The notes: generated by a model from the sequence alone, not told the origin. A DNA stretch of 62,437 bases, filler included, from Porpidia crustulata (GCA_964255105.1; 11 parts of 11 records of this genome joined end to end with filler, not necessarily neighbours in it), one strand, 5' to 3'; positions 22,718-37,193 are shown, counted from the whole stretch's first letter. Numbers and translations: made by a program.

Positions 22718-25423
22718 NNNNNNNNNNNNNNNNNNNNNNNNNNNNNNNNNNNNNNNNNNNNTTAATTAATTAANNNNNNNNNNNNNNNNNNNNNNNNNNN
22801 NNNNNNNNNNNNNNNNNCCGTTTTGCTGATCGTTACGTGGCGTAGGTCGATGGTTTATGTGGAAGGAGAGGCGACGATGCAAAAGTTCACGACGAAGGAA
22901 GGAAACCCGAACACAGCGCTCTCCATCGTGCAGCGTGAGTTTTCGGCAGGTCTCGGGGCGTAAATGCATGCATCTAACTCTTAATAGGAAATTTTGAGCT
23001 ACTGGAAAAGCGAGAACCAAGCCCCGAAGATCAGACATCCTAATGTATTAAGCACAACTTCTGAGGATTTCCAAGCGAGTTTCAAAAGGCAGCGGTAGTA
23101 AGTGGAAGGGATGTACTGATATTGTCTCAAGATGGATTTCGAGGGGTTACGGGAATGCTGAGGCCGGCAAACGCTCTACTCTTCATAGTATGATATACCC
23201 TCGTGGCCGTTCGATGTCTTTTATTCCGAGTTAGGGTAGAAGACTGTAATCTACGTTGGTCCTTGTACTTTTTCCTCTACTTCCCGTTGTTGAGCCGGAG
23301 GCCGCGGTCATGTTTAAGCTTTTACGCGTGTCAAAGGCACGATGCCTCGACAAAAGGCCTGCCGTTCCGGCACACGGCAAATGTGGACCACTTCTCGAGG
23401 AGCTTGATGGGGAAGGGCGGGAATCGTCTTGATTGTAGGTATGGCAGGAGATGAACCAACCGTGTTGGATGGGATATGACAGTAATTTCATATCTAAAAA
23501 GGGTATTATGCAGTCCAGACTCACATCTCACATTTCGATCATTAGTTCATCCATTCCTGGAGCTCAGTAGATGGTGGTTGAGGTCTTGGTTTCATCTTCC
23601 CGAGTCTATATATTTCTCGACTTCTCTTTCACTGCATTTCCTTTCACACCAAGTCTCTGGGATGGCAATTACCAAAATCGATGGTTCGGATTTCGATTCC
23701 ATCTAGTAATCTGATCCTGCTTTTGTGGTACTGGGATGTAGGTCACACAGCTGGGTCTACAGTACAGCAGCCGATTATATCAACAACTTCCGGCTGCTTT
23801 TGTTGTGTTGTACGCGGATTGAAGGATTGGGTGTTACAGCAATGGGTTTCTTTCATTGACTCTCGAATTGCGTAGAAACGGATACAAGGTGGGTGGTTCG
23901 AGTCACGGCTACTCATGCGACGTTCTTTGAGAACTGCACCACAATGCTCACATATGAAGCTTTTACAAAATGCGTTATTTAGCGGACAACTCAGCCTTCG
24001 AAGCCGAGTGTGCTTCCCAATTCAACGGGACCGTCAAATAGTGATGAACCCTTGACATTTGCTACACCACTGCGTGATTCGAGCAATCTCACAGGTGTAA
24101 CATGCACGCTGCGAAAGGTGGTAGTCGTAGCAGTGTAACCAGCGTGCCGATAAGCCATATGGTGATGCAACGTTTTTACAATCTTATCGAGCGTCTAATG
24201 CACCGAGTACCTGACATGATTCTCGCACAGAATGATGCCAGGTTTCAGATATAATCCAACTGAAGTCGTCAGTCATTAATAGCATACTATGAGACAATAA
24301 GAATTGTCGGAAATTGAGCGATGCGTCAGTCATTCTATTAACTCGCCTTGAGTAACAAAACGAAATATCCGCGGTTTTATTTTTAATTGATCAACAGTCG
24401 ATCGACGACGTGATAACATACAAATTTAAGGTGGTAGGCCAGGTTGGCATTTCTGATCGGACTTAAACAGTGATCACTGGATAATACCGGGGTAGTGCAA
24501 ATGCTAAAATGTCATTCCCCTTGGACCTGACGCTTGGCTAGTTCCAGTAATCAATTTAATTTAATAATCTTTTTCTCTGGCATCTAGGAAGCTTAATTCA
24601 CCACTACCACTTGACAGCCACGACATCGTTACCACTATGTACTCCCACAGCACATGAGCTCCACATAGCGTGGGAAGTGCGACTATGCATGTACAGACGT
24701 GGGAGGTGGGAGGTCATGGATACCTTGACGCAGGATCAACTGCCGGTGCCACTCCATAATGCCACAGACCAGTTGACAGCAAAGCAAGCACAGATATTCA
24801 CGACGTGCGGTGATCTCCCGAAGTACATGATACGAGGGTTCATTTCCTCCCGGGGTCAGCCAACCGCCTGGGACGTTGCTCTAGCGGTACCTAAGTGTCT
24901 AGTACTCTAGTTGGCTCCCACAGCTCACTTCGACTCACGACTACTCTTCCCAACAAGGCATCAAGTCTCAAATCTTAGCACACTGCAATCTCTTAATTCA
25001 AGGCCTTTCGGATGCCTGTTGCACGCTCATTCGCCGGATGTCTCCCTTTAAGCTCAAAGAGTGCATGAGGGCTTGCAGAACTCCCGAGAGTTCTCCTCCA
25101 ATTCTTCTTCACCCTTGCACTCCTTCTGAACCCTAAACCCCAGTCCCCAGCCCTCCCGGATCGACCTATGATGTGTTGGTCGATCAAAGAGTCTTGCAAG
25201 ATGCTCCATTTCTGCATGCATTTTACTTTTCACGCCTTTCCTGTCCATCTGTGGTTTCCTTCGTTTCAGGTCAATTGACTCTTTTCCTTGCACGTCTGAA
25301 TGTGACGCGCCTTCAGGTCTGAGTGTGAATGAACTCTCTATGTTACAACCATAAAAGATTCACCTACATAAACAGGCTAGCTCCACTATCGATTTCTTAG
25401 TGCCATACGTGGGGGCTATCATC

Positions 25424-28401
25424 ATGCGCTTGACATGGCTCCAATTCGCATTCTCTCTTGCTCTGCTCAGCGGCGTTGTGGTGAATGGTGAAAGATATGC
25501 AGTCCTCCCTCGCCAAAACAACAGCCCATCATCGTCCTCCAGCGCCGCTTCCACATCTCCGTCCTCAGCAACCGGTAGCACCAGCTCTCAAGACACTACA
25601 CGGTCCAGCAATGGAGGCTCATCAATATCAGCATCAGCGAGATCTTCGTCCTCGGACACTGTCTCCGGTCCATCTCAGACGGCCGAGACAACCTTGATGA
25701 CCAAAGCTTCAGGAATTGCTTCTGCAACGTCGCCGGCAGCAACACTTACCCCGACCGCAAACGCAACATCGCCATTGCCAACCAACGGTATGAGAATCAC
25801 ACGTCGTTCCTCAGATAAAAATAAAAGCTAAAACCCATAGCCAATGCCAATGTAAATCCCGAAGTGCTACCGATCTCGCCGGAAATCACACCAGCACTCT
25901 CAGTGGCAGGTGCCATACTACTGGCAACTGGTGTTTTCTACACTGTGTTGGGGATTAAAACGAAATGGTAATCGCCAATGCACAATCAAATGTTACATGG
26001 GCTGACGAAGGTTGAAGGTTACATGTATTTCTGTCAGCAGCGTATCTGACCAGCTTAGGGGTGACTGTAAGTATCCTTAGACCTTCCGCACACCCAGAGG
26101 TCTAATCGCTTTCTAGATCCTGATAGTCTATGTCATCAACCCCCCAATATCAAACGGCAAACAAGGCGCCTATCTTTCCGCAGCGGTCCTTACTGGTGTA
26201 GTGTTTGGTGGCGGATCTGTTATATTCTCAGATGTAGCCGAAGGACTAGGCTGTTTCTTGGGAGGTTTCTGCCTCAGCATGTGGTTCATGGTTCTCAAGC
26301 CAGGAGGTCTGATCACCTCTATCGCGGGAAAGGCAATTTTCATTTCAGCCTTCACTGCCGCTGGATTTGCACTTTACGTCAGCCACTACACTCGAAGTTA
26401 TGGCATCATCGGCTGTGCTTCTTTTGCTGGAGCGACCGCCATAGTGCTTGGTATCGACTGCTTCAGCCGGGCTGGGCTGAAGGAATTCTGGTTATATATT
26501 TGGAGTAAGATCAAGATGCTCCAACTTCTAGCAAACCGGTGACTTACATTGGCTACAGATCTGAACAGTGCCTTGTTTCCACCTCATTACAGTTCCCCCT
26601 ACCCCATCACTCGAGGTATTCGCGTCGAGATCGCTGCCACAATTTTGCTGTGTGCCATTGGTATCATGTCTCAGATGAAAGTGTGGAATATAATCAAGAA
26701 ACGCCGTGAAGACCGGGCCGCTGCAAAGAATCTTGAGCGTCAACGTCAAGATGAAGCCGAAGAAGAGCTGGGCAGAAAACTTGAGGAAGGCAAGGAGCGA
26801 GAACGAATACCCTGGGAAGCGGTACATGGTGGCAATGGACAGAAGAAGGTGCAGCATATAGACTCAGGCATTGGTACGGACGAGCCAGGGAGTATTCGCA
26901 AGGGATCAGCCAGTGTGAGAACGCTCGAGCGTTCAAATTCGGGCGCTGGAAGTTTTGAGATGGCATCGCTTGGGCCTGCAAAAGGATCTAGCCAGCAAGA
27001 GGTCCATGAAGGAAAATGGAGCAATGGTGAGAAGAGGCTTACTATACGTCTTGGTCCGGAAGATGAGCTCTTTGAACTACCTCCAATCGACTTTGGCGAC
27101 TTCGGGGACACGCTGAGTCCGAAAAGCGACATGGTTCAGTCATCCAAGGCAGCATCCATCTCCGAGTCTCAGTTAGTTGAGTCGTCAAAAAATCTTCCAA
27201 AGACAGCTACCCCACGAGTTCCAGCGCCAATGGAAAGCGAAGCAGCTGAACAGTCTCCCAAGTCATCCGTAGAGAAATCAGTATCGAGGTCGATCGTACC
27301 GAATGAAGCGCCACAAAGGCCTGGCCAGCCACAAATCATACCGCTACCATTTAGTATTCCAAACGCAGAGATCACGAATGATAATGATGGATCATCCATC
27401 GCAACATTCGCGGCCTCAGACCGCCTGCAAACCCGATTATCTAAACGGATGTCTGGCACCTTGTTGAAGAGATCTTCGAAATTGTCCCAGCATCAATCCT
27501 GGGCTGCTTCCAATGTATCCGAAGAAGCCCTCATGATTCCTCACGATGACGACGACAAAGCATCATCTCTGGCTGCAACTATCGACGGTGTCTCAGATCG
27601 TGAATCGGATGAGGAAATGGACTCGAAGTCAGGAGGACTTTCTGGGCTTAGCACTGGCTATAAGGACACTTCACCAGAGCGAATGATGCCCACGACTGAT
27701 GCTGGAGCCGACTGGTTCCAATCGAACGAACCCGATAGTACCAACACCGAAGCGGACGGTGCCCCCATCATACCACTCCTAAAACTGCCAGAAAAAGATC
27801 AGGCGCATGACGAATCAGCCGCACACTTGAACGCACCCGGAAAGCGCCCAGCACGAACTCTCAGCGGTCACTTGCCTGATGATGCATCGAAAGTAGTCAT
27901 GGCGTACAGAACTAATGAATGGGCAAAACATCTTGAACAAGCAGAGTTGCCAAAGCTCGATGAGCTGAACGAGCCCAGCAAGGCGCCAGCGCCAATGCCA
28001 GTATCGGCAAAAGAAACCGTAGCACCCGTGCTTGTTGAAGAACTGCAACAAACGCCCCTAACAGCCGAGCCACCTCCTGCTATCAATGTAAGTAAGACGG
28101 GCGTCCGAGAGCGACTTTCACGGGCTGCCCTTGGCCGGCTCCATTCTTCGAAGAAACCATCTCCCTACCAACCCTTATCAAAAGAGGCAAGCCGCCAGTC
28201 GGAATTCAACAACCCAGCGGACTCACCTTCCCATGAATCGCCAGAAAGCCCGCAAAACCAAGACCGACCTCCCCTTGCAGTCCAAGGCCAATCCCAACTC
28301 TCACTAGCAACCAACCGCGGCCACCGTAGCAGCTCCACCCCCCTGACAAACCAACCATTTGCCGAGTCTCCCATCGAAGAAGACGTCGAAACCTCATTCC
28401 C
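25424..28401 (+). CDS. DUF4203 (TM7SF3/TMEM198-like) multi-pass membrane protein with signal peptide, Ser/Thr-rich ectodomain and long cytoplasmic tail; truncated by contig end
   Basis: Exons about 25424-25787, 25841-25967, 26018-26066, 26117-26504, 26559-28401. Motifs LPISPEITPAL, GLGCFLGGFCLSMW, GATAIVLGIDCFSRAGLKEFWLYIW, YPITRGIRVE, SKVVMAYRTNEWAKHL. Confidence 0.85.
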
Positions 28402-29957
28402 NNNNNNNNNNNNNNNNNNNNNNNNNNNNNNNNNNNNNNNNNNNNTTAATTAATTAANNNNNNNNNNNNNNNNNNNNNNNNNNNNNNNNNNNNNNNNNNN
28501 NCCTTTAGGTGCTTTAGGTACCATGTAGCGGTGAAATCTGACGTTCTCTGGCGCCTTCTCTAACCAAACCCTCCGGTACTCCTGCTTGTTGGACATTGAT
28601 TGCGCGCTCTGCACGGCCTGCACCTTTGATTGAACGATTAATCATACCGCCAGTTGCGAAGATCGAGAGATCCGTCAGGTCTGGCCGGATGGGAGTATCC
28701 CTTCTTGACGCGATCGACCGATCAGAAGCCACGGGATCTTCTATGATATTGACTTGTAGCAATGGATTCCATGGCGAGTTCAGAAGTAATTGGAGGTGGT
28801 TGAATTGGGGGGAAGATGGAAGCTTGGAAGGGCGTACGATCGTCATGACTGCCCCACTACCGAACTATCTCATGGAAATCACGACTAAATCAGCTATTGA
28901 TTGATGTTATGATTAGAGTATTTTTATCTCTTTAATTGTGCCGCCAAGTCGGTCCATTTGCAGCACGGCTGCAGCCGTAGCTTTCGTAATCCAAGAGACG
29001 ACCTACTTTACCTATCTCTCGAGCATCACCTTAGTGTGGTGCTTTCGACTGCCCCGTCCGCCACGGCTGCTGCTCCGTTTCAAGCAGTCGCTATTACCAC
29101 TTACCTACCTACTTACTGTACGGCACTACTACTACTCTCCGAAAGATTGAAGAGAATCGGTGTAGAGTAAGCAGGTACCTTAGATTACCTACCCTCCCGG
29201 TCATCTGCCTCTTCCGAGCAGCGATCACTCCACTTACCTACTCGCACGTATCGATAATACGCATCTCCGCCATCAGATTTCCATAATCAGATGGATCGTT
29301 ACCACACCTAGCAGATTGGCCCGCTCGTGACAGAAATAGAATTGCAAGTACCACCATCACACTCGTCCGGGCCCGGCCCAACCAACGACATACTGACACT
29401 ACTGCCACTACTGCCACTATATCACCTTGCCTTATTTCTTGTCAGAATACCCCTTCGTGAATTGATCCTTGTGTTCTGAATACCCCTCCGCTAGCATCTA
29501 TTTCAAACCGAGCACCTCCTGGGCTGTTATCTCCACTCGACCTTCCCACAATTGATTCGTCTTCGTACAGGAGGGACCCTTCGCAGGCTCTCTGGGACCC
29601 TGTCGATTTCACCAGTAAGCTTTGCACCTTGAGAGTCACGGAGATGAACGCTAAAAGCTCATCAACTCGGCAGCAAGCCGTTTCTTCGAGCAGCACTGAG
29701 ACCTCAATATCCCACGGACCTTGTACAAATACAAATAAATACCTTACCCCCTAAATTCACGCTCTGAGACAAAATTCAGAGGCATACTACGCTGAATCGA
29801 CATTACGGCCCACCAACGGCCCAAGGATCACAAGTCGTTTCAGATCAAGGCCTCTTTACGCCTTACCGCGATAGTTGTGCGACCCACCATTCAATCGTCA
29901 CAACACAGATAACCACGTCAATCCTGTACACATAAGCCAGGCAAGAGCGTACGCACT

Positions 29958-30604
29958 ATGGCGGCTCGGCAGGCGAGTGCCGAAGTTGTACGTTTCTACC
30001 CCTGAGCCCTTCCTATAAAGATTACTCCAGTCTTCGTGAGACTGATTGTTCCACTGTTGAGGCAGTCGGACGCCGATCCCAACGAAGTTCCTGATTGGGG
30101 GGACTGTATCGATGCGTCGACCTTTGGGCAGATACTGGAAATGGATGATGACGAAGATGTGAGGGAGTTCTCGAAGAGCATTGTCTACGGATTTTTTGAT
30201 CAAGCTGTCGGGACGTTTAAGAACATGCAAACAAATATGTACGTATCCCAGGGCTTGTTCATGTTGCTGGGAATAGAGCGGTGACGCAAGGCGCCTTCCA
30301 GGGATCTTGCGCAGTATGTACTGTTACTGATTATCTTCGCAGCGAGAAGAAAGATCTTGGCGAACTCAGCTCCCTGGGCCACTTTCTGAAAGGCTCATCG
30401 GCGACACTCGGCCTTACGAAAGTCAAAGACTCATGCGAGAAGATTCAGCATTTCGGGGCACATAAAGACGACACTGGCACAAAAGACGAGCCCGATAGTA
30501 ATCTTTGTCTACAGCGCATCAAGGACACGTTGGCCAGACTCAAAATCGAATATGCAGAGGTGGAGAAGAATTTGCGACGGTTCTATCGCGACCCCGAGGC
30601 TTAG
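29958..30604 (+). CDS. YPD1: Histidine phosphotransfer (HPt) protein of the two-component phosphorelay
   Basis: Exons 29958-29987, 30066-30238, 30343-30604. IDASTFGQILEMDDDED..FSKSIVYGFFDQA and phospho-His motif LSSLGHFLKGSSATLGL. Confidence 0.94.
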
Positions 30605-31401
30605 GATATTAGGCGAAGCTCCAGCATTGGTCTAGGATACATGGTTATGGCTATGGTCTATTGTAAGAGGGCTCGAGCATGCTTCAGCGCTGTTCATCAT
30701 TTCAGGATGCTCTTCATTAATTCATGACTCTGTTCTCTCTGCTTCCTCTACAAATTCTGTTGATAAACGTGCGCACGAATCTCTATGCGATACCAACGAT
30801 CGGCTGTCTGCAGGTTGGTGAGACAGATATCCACCTGAACCTGTGTGTACTGCGAGCTACTGCATGCATGCTGCCTTGCCCCCAGACCCCAGATCTCCAA
30901 AGATCGATCATGCATGCAGTGCGCAGTGCAAGTCTGGTTCTGGTTGCACCCTTTCTCGGGCAAGTTCCGGGGTCACACATATCGTATGGCTTGCCGGCCG
31001 TAATGTGATATCCGCGCGTTTCTGTGACGCTTGAAAAAGAGGGTTCTGCACCCCAATGTTTTAGGACAGAGTTGCAGGCAGTCAGTTTGAGTAGAGATTG
31101 AGTGAAAGTCATTTCGGCCACCGTAGAGAGAGCACATCTTTGAGTTGGCGGAAGCCCATCCTCTGCAACTCTTTCGCCCAGCACCTACTCAATCAATATG
31201 TCATTGTCTACGGATCGAATGAGGAGAGCAGGCAATGCGAGCACATTGTTTTCATCATGTGACGACAGAGCCCGAACAAGAACTATTCATTACGGTACAG
31301 AACCAAATGACAGCATACAGTATTCTCCACACCCACGGTTGCAACAAATCGATTAAAGAAGAGATCAATATTTAATTCCTTCGTCACTCTTACAATCTGA
31401 C

Positions 31402-32199
31402 ATGCCACTTCAACCTCCACTGACTCACTTTCTGTGTCTCCCACTCGTTACCTTAGCCAGTAAAGCACAATTGATCGCTTCGCTCCAGCAGTTCACTACT
31501 AATATGGCCAATGCAGAGATCAAGGACTCTGTGGTCATACCTGCAAATGCCATTCGACCTGTTGCTACTCTTCATCTAACTCTAGGGGTGATGAGCCTAG
31601 TGTCCCTGGAAAGAGTCGCCGATGCTTCGATATTTCTTCGAAACTTGAACGTGCAGCAAATGCTCTACGAAGCGGGCGAGTTTGTGCACAATAAAGATGC
31701 CGCAGATTCCGTGGATGGGACGAGTCTATTACGAACCGACCAGGATTTAAGGGTTGAAGAGATCTTGCCGTTGAAAGTCACAGTATCTGGTCTTCACCCC
31801 ATGCACACTCCATCTTCGACCTCAATCCTGTATGCTTCGCCTCTTGACAGTACGTCTCGACTGTTTCCGTTTGCTATCGCACTTCAAAAAGCTTTCGCTG
31901 AAGCAGAGCTTCTCCTACCCGAAGATCGGAATCTGCGTCTTCATGCAACGATCGTCAACACAATCTACGCCAAAGACAAAAAGACTCGTGCTAAAGACAG
32001 TGGACATGGTAAGAATAGCAAAAGTTCTAGGAAATTTGACGCTCGGGAGTTGATTGCAAGATATGAGAAATTCGAGTGGGCCACAGATGTCCACATTGAG
32101 AGGATAGGTATCTGCGAGATGGGTGCGAAAAAAACCATCAAGAATGGGGAAGTGGTCAACGAGGAGTATCTTGAGGTTGCTGGTACAGCTCTTCCTTGA
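31402..32199 (+). CDS. 2H-phosphoesterase, AKAP7/ASCC1 2'-5' RNA ligase-like domain protein
   Basis: Intronless 265-aa ORF with LTHFLCLPL, two HxT motifs (LHLTLGVM, LHATIVNT), FDARELI and ICEMGAK. Confidence 0.85.
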   Translation: MPLQPPLTHFLCLPLVTLASKAQLIASLQQFTTNMANAEIKDSVVIPANAIRPVATLHLTLGVMSLVSLERVADASIFLRNLNVQQMLYEAGEFVHNKDAADSVDGTSLLRTDQDLRVEEILPLKVTVSGLHPMHTPSSTSILYASPLDSTSRLFPFAIALQKAFAEAELLLPEDRNLRLHATIVNTIYAKDKKTRAKDSGHGKNSKSSRKFDARELIARYEKFEWATDVHIERIGICEMGAKKTIKNGEVVNEEYLEVAGTALP

Positions 32200-34503
32200 T
32201 CCACGGAAGCCTAAGCTATGTCGATAGCCACATGCAAAATGGCATTTCCTGGACGATGACACGGTGGATCGTCAAAACGCAGGCTCATTCAGCCTGCATG
32301 ATTCTCAGACCCGCGTACATCTGTAAACTATCAGATTAAACTAGGTAGTGAGAAGTCACAGAACCGCACTGCAAGACGAAAGGGTCAAATTACGACTCAA
32401 CAGCGGTTTAGACCAAATTTTTGTTTACCAGTTCAACGCTCAGCCCATACGAACTCAGCGGAGCACACATCGCAGTATAAAAAACCCAGATGAGACTGAA
32501 TCGTTGACCTGGATCAGTGGATTTAGCCAGCGAACCTACCTTAATATAGCAAACTTTGTCAAAGTGAGAGAGCTGTTGATCCAGAGAGACGCTTCACAGA
32601 TATTAATATATATGTTTGAGTAAACCTATCGAACCACTTGGTGTGTCCGATTTGCAGTATCGTACCTTACGGTCACTCTCGCACAATAGAGAATCTCATC
32701 AGGCAGCCCCTACGCGTACATCAAGATGGAGAGAATTTGCGACATTTTCGCTTCAGTCTTGTTTTGCTTGAAGCATCACGGGCGAAACGCCGCGAATCCC
32801 AAGACCACAAATGCAGGTCTTGTATTATGAATATCACGGATCAAGCCCTTGGAAAAAGATTTACTGGGTTAATTGATTTTTTCTATTTGAGTATTGAGTG
32901 GTATTTGAAGCCTTTCCTTCCCTCCAGTAATGACCATGAACCATCACCATTTTAGTTGGTCCTTTGGTCTAGAAATCCAAATCACAATCTCAGAGGATAC
33001 TGAGTTCTCCTAGAGTCAACCACAACGAAGCAACTAAGCTGCAGCACCCATGTTGACCACATGTCATGGTCCAGTTCCTTAGGCTTGTGTTCCACCTCCC
33101 CCAGACATTATTAGGGATGACAGAGTTTCTATAAGTTCTCTTTTCGGAACACTGGGTGCGAACAAACTGGGTGGGCATGACACCCCCGTTGCGGCACATC
33201 TAAGCTTGGCATCTAAGGAAAGGATCGTTGAGATATTGAAAAAGACCGACGTATTCAGGGAGAGAGGACAGTATTGGAAGCTGACCTAAGAAGAGGCTAA
33301 ATCGAAGCTATTCGGGGAAGTAAAGCAAGCAGAGCAAATTAATTCCTGGCAACTTGAGAGTGTAAGACACGTGGTGCGGAGACAAATTTACAAGCTGTCG
33401 AAGCTAGGAATAACGACAAATTGAAAGGAAAAAAATAAGGAACGAAAAAGGGAGCACGCCAAGAAGAAGGCAGAAATCACAATGAGGACGAAAGAGCAAC
33501 GCTTCGGGAATAATGCAACAGAAGAAAAAATGAGGGAAGAAGAACGAGAAATGAAGAGACAGAAGACCAAGGTGGATTGGATCAATCTCTCAGATCAGAG
33601 TTGAGAGGCCTTTGCTGGGGAAAGCGCAGCTTTCTCGGATTACACTCCGAGATCAGAGTACCCTCTGGTACTGAGCTAGGGCACCATGCCACACAAACTT
33701 TGGTGCAGCCGAGACTGAGCAAACGGTGTAAGCTACCAATTACAACAAACTCACGTATGCCTCCTGTTCAATCGTCATGCTGACAATTTCAGCTGTTCCC
33801 AACGACCTGTTCGATCATTTCCCCAAGTTCGACGTGGATCAAGCTCGTTTGTCCTGCGCATTCTTGGCTCTTTACAACTGTTCAGGTCTTTGCTTTCATT
33901 GTGTCGTTCTTCCACGTCACCATTCTCACCGTGCATAAGATAGCGTGATCATAGGCCGTTTTCCTCAAATCCACCATTCCATCAAAGCCATAAAAGCATA
34001 CTTTTCATCCTCTATCCTCTTCTAAAATCGATCAACCCAACCAAAGACCACCAACCCCAACAACTAGTATCACAAACCCAACCNNNNNNNNNNNNNNNNN
34101 NNNNNNNNNNNNNNNNNNNNNNNNNNNTTAATTAATTAANNNNNNNNNNNNNNNNNNNNNNNNNNNNNNNNNNNNNNNNNNNNTGAGGTGCTTGAGTGAG
34201 GTGCTTGGGTGCTCGACACGGAACTTCAATTCCATTGCTGAAAAATCCCCAAGCATCATAACTTTGTCCCCAAAAATCGGAAAATCATAGTTCCGACGTC
34301 GTTTTCATCGTTGCATTGAGCTCTACAATTTGCTTCATACAAAGCAATCCCAAAAATGCCCGGATGATGGAATTTGGACGTGGTGACCCATTGACCGGGG
34401 GGGTGGTGGCCCCGCTAACCCGCTCGGGATGGCGCCCGGATCGGCGCCGAGGGGGGGGTTGTATGGGCCACCAGGGCTGGTGGCCGTCGGGAATAGGAGG
34501 TAG

Positions 34504-36516
34504 TTGAGAATTAGTATTGCTGTCACAGTTGAGGTAATTGATACTTCTTTAATCTTGGCCGCAAAGGCTAGAAATATAAGCACAGAACTCCTCCCCATCT
34601 CACTGTCTTGAAGTGACTTAGATGAACCAAGTCTGAGAGTAGTAGAAATGCAGAAGCAACATGGGTGATGTCCTGTCCAAGCCTGGTTCACGCTTAAAAG
34701 GTTCTATTCACTACAAGCTAAGATTTATCTCTTCAAACTCACGAAACCTTACAAAAAGGAAGTTCATGATGTCTGTTCCCTTGAACAATGCCGTGCTCTA
34801 CAGATTGATCCCTCTACATACAAATCCCTACATCGTCACATAGACATCTGCAAAGACAAGAATGCGCTATTAGATCTCCGATTGAACCAGGCGTCCAACG
34901 ACATTTCCGTCACTATTGTTCCTGCACTGTCGAGCTCGTGGTATATCGCACTCTGCCATTTGTGCGCAGATGGACTAGGCAACTCGAAAGAAAATTCTCT
35001 GCCTCAATGTCAGCTCCACTATATTTATGATCTCCTCACAAGGTTTTGCACGGAGAAATTCGCCGAAGGGAGTCAGAAGAGGCCTTATCTATGGCTCGAT
35101 ACGCTCTGCTGCCCGGTAGATCCAGACGACAAGCTTCTCGCTTTGGCGAAAATGCCTGAAGTTTATCGAGAAGCGTCTCAAGTACTTGTCTTGGACTCGA
35201 CTCTGACCGAGATAGATTGCAGACACCTTCAACCCATTGAGCTAATGTCAAGAGTGTTCTCGTCCAACTGGATATTCAGGTTGTGGACTCTCGACGAAGC
35301 CAACCTGGCGTCGAAACTCTGGATCCAATTTTGGGATGGAATCGTTGAGTTAGGCCAGGGTCTTAGCAACTTTTCTGTGATGACGGACCCTGACATATAC
35401 CACTTCACAGGCGAACTTATTAGCGGGTATGGAAAACTCCAAATCGAACCGTCAAAACAAGCTAGTGGCGAGCTCTAGTATCTTGCGGAAGCCCTAAGAC
35501 ATAGGTCCGTTAGTGACATTTCTGACGAGCCGATCTGTCTTACAGCTCTCCTGCGGTTGAAGGTTGATGTCATTACTGGGGAAGAGAAGCTCCGACTATC
35601 CGCGAATCCAGAAGACAGACTGAGAGTCAGGGACGAAAGGATGTTCCGCCTGTGGGCAACATATGCTCAAGGCCATCCAAAGATTCCAAAGACCTTGATT
35701 TACCATGTCGGAGATAGACTGGCAAAACCTGGACTAAGATGAGCACCATCAACACTGCTCAATATAAAGAACACGTCTCCGTTCTTCTGTACCACCGAAA
35801 CGGATCTTGCTCTTCCATCAACAGATGGTTTAATTCTCACTTCTACAGCATATTCAATCTCAGTACCTAAGCGCGTTGACGGTATTCTCGGTCGCCCCTC
35901 GACAGCAGCTTCGAGCATGCTTGATCTGCTTAAATCCGATGAGCATCGCTGGTTTACGATATTCAGCACGTCTGAGCAGAAGAAACATCTATTGGGCTGT
36001 GATCACATGGCACTATACGACATAATCATCGAAGCAGGAAGAGGTGCAGAGTTTGAGATCTTAACGAATAACCCTGGGGAACTATCTTCTCGTATCAAAT
36101 GTCACAAGAGAGAGCCAAATCCCCGAGCCGAGGATGAGAAATGTTCGTTTCGTTCGGCAGGGGCGAACTGGAACCCACGATCGAACCATATGTGACTTTC
36201 TCAATACACTACTAGGACAGGCTTAAGCGCTTCAAAATGACCGTATTACCCAAGAAATCCGAGAGAGCAGCAAGCACGGCGGCCAAGATCTGCGGTACCT
36301 TGATGCTATAAACGACTCTTAGAAAAGGTGTGGTCTGTAGTAGACCAATTAGAAGCGGGATTGGACGTGACCGGCAAACATCTTCCTGACAGTGGGCTTG
36401 GGCTTATGCATGAGCGACGGAAGTCGATTTTCGCATTGCTGTCGCGATTCTACCGAAATCGCTATCTTGTGAAAGAACGAGATTTCCCAGCCACACAGAA
36501 GTATTGTCTTGACTAG
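34504..36516 (+). pseudogene. HET-domain (heterokaryon incompatibility, PF06985-like) gene, 5'-truncated, with several premature stops
   Basis: One frame gives G*CP (expected GWCP), ADGLGN, LWLDTLCCP, VLVLDS, WIFRLWTLDE, ALRHRSVS..DEPICL and GLR*APSTLL; a typical ending QKYCLD follows at 36516. Stops at 34609, 34666, 35476 and 35740; the 3' part appears frameshifted. Confidence 0.85.
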
Positions 36517-37193
36517 AAGTACGTGCGTGGTCATGATTGACTTGTGTGAAAGGGAATACCTAGCCCCCGGGAAGATTAATACCTGTTCTAGCACTTTTGA
36601 CGGAGGAATGACGCATCTCCATTGCTCGAGGTCGCCGGCGTTACAGCTTCCACAATAGTCTCCCTACAAATGGTAAATATCCGCAGATTGCACCAAGGTT
36701 GCACCGCCAGGACGGGCGAGAAGCCAGAAGAGACAAAGCGTCAAGGATGTAGAGAAACATGGGATGTAGCGGCAAGCTAAAGCTGAATCCGCGAACAAGG
36801 ATGAGGATTGATAAGATTCGAGTTGCGCTGATCATTCTGAGCAGCTTTGTCTCAATTTGGTTGGATAATGAAAAGCCGTTGACACCTCATCCAAGGAAAG
36901 TTTGCGCAGAGCGCAAGCAGTGGAAGTTTACTTGAGAGTTGCGAGAGTTAGCTGATGGGAACGATCAGACTTAGTTGATGAACGATGAAACGAATTAACA
37001 TGACAGTGTTCGCAGACGAATATGGTCTTGGCAATGTCTCGTCAATAACCTCATAGTCCTAGGTGTACTTCTATGAAGACAGTTGATTTCCCCCAGTCGA
37101 GCAGGATTGAGCAATGCTCCGTCCCCTCTATCAATGCATGCCAACCATACCTCCTTGACTGGAGTCTATCCCGATCCTCCCCAGACGATCGAC

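Noticed and set aside
23885..23915. GGTTCGAGTC T-loop/B-box-like motif suggesting a tRNA
   Set aside because: No T-stem, acceptor stem or cloverleaf could be built around it.
33240..33800. Lys/Glu/Arg-rich purine tract resembling coiled-coil coding sequence
   Set aside because: Multiple stops and no identifiable domain.
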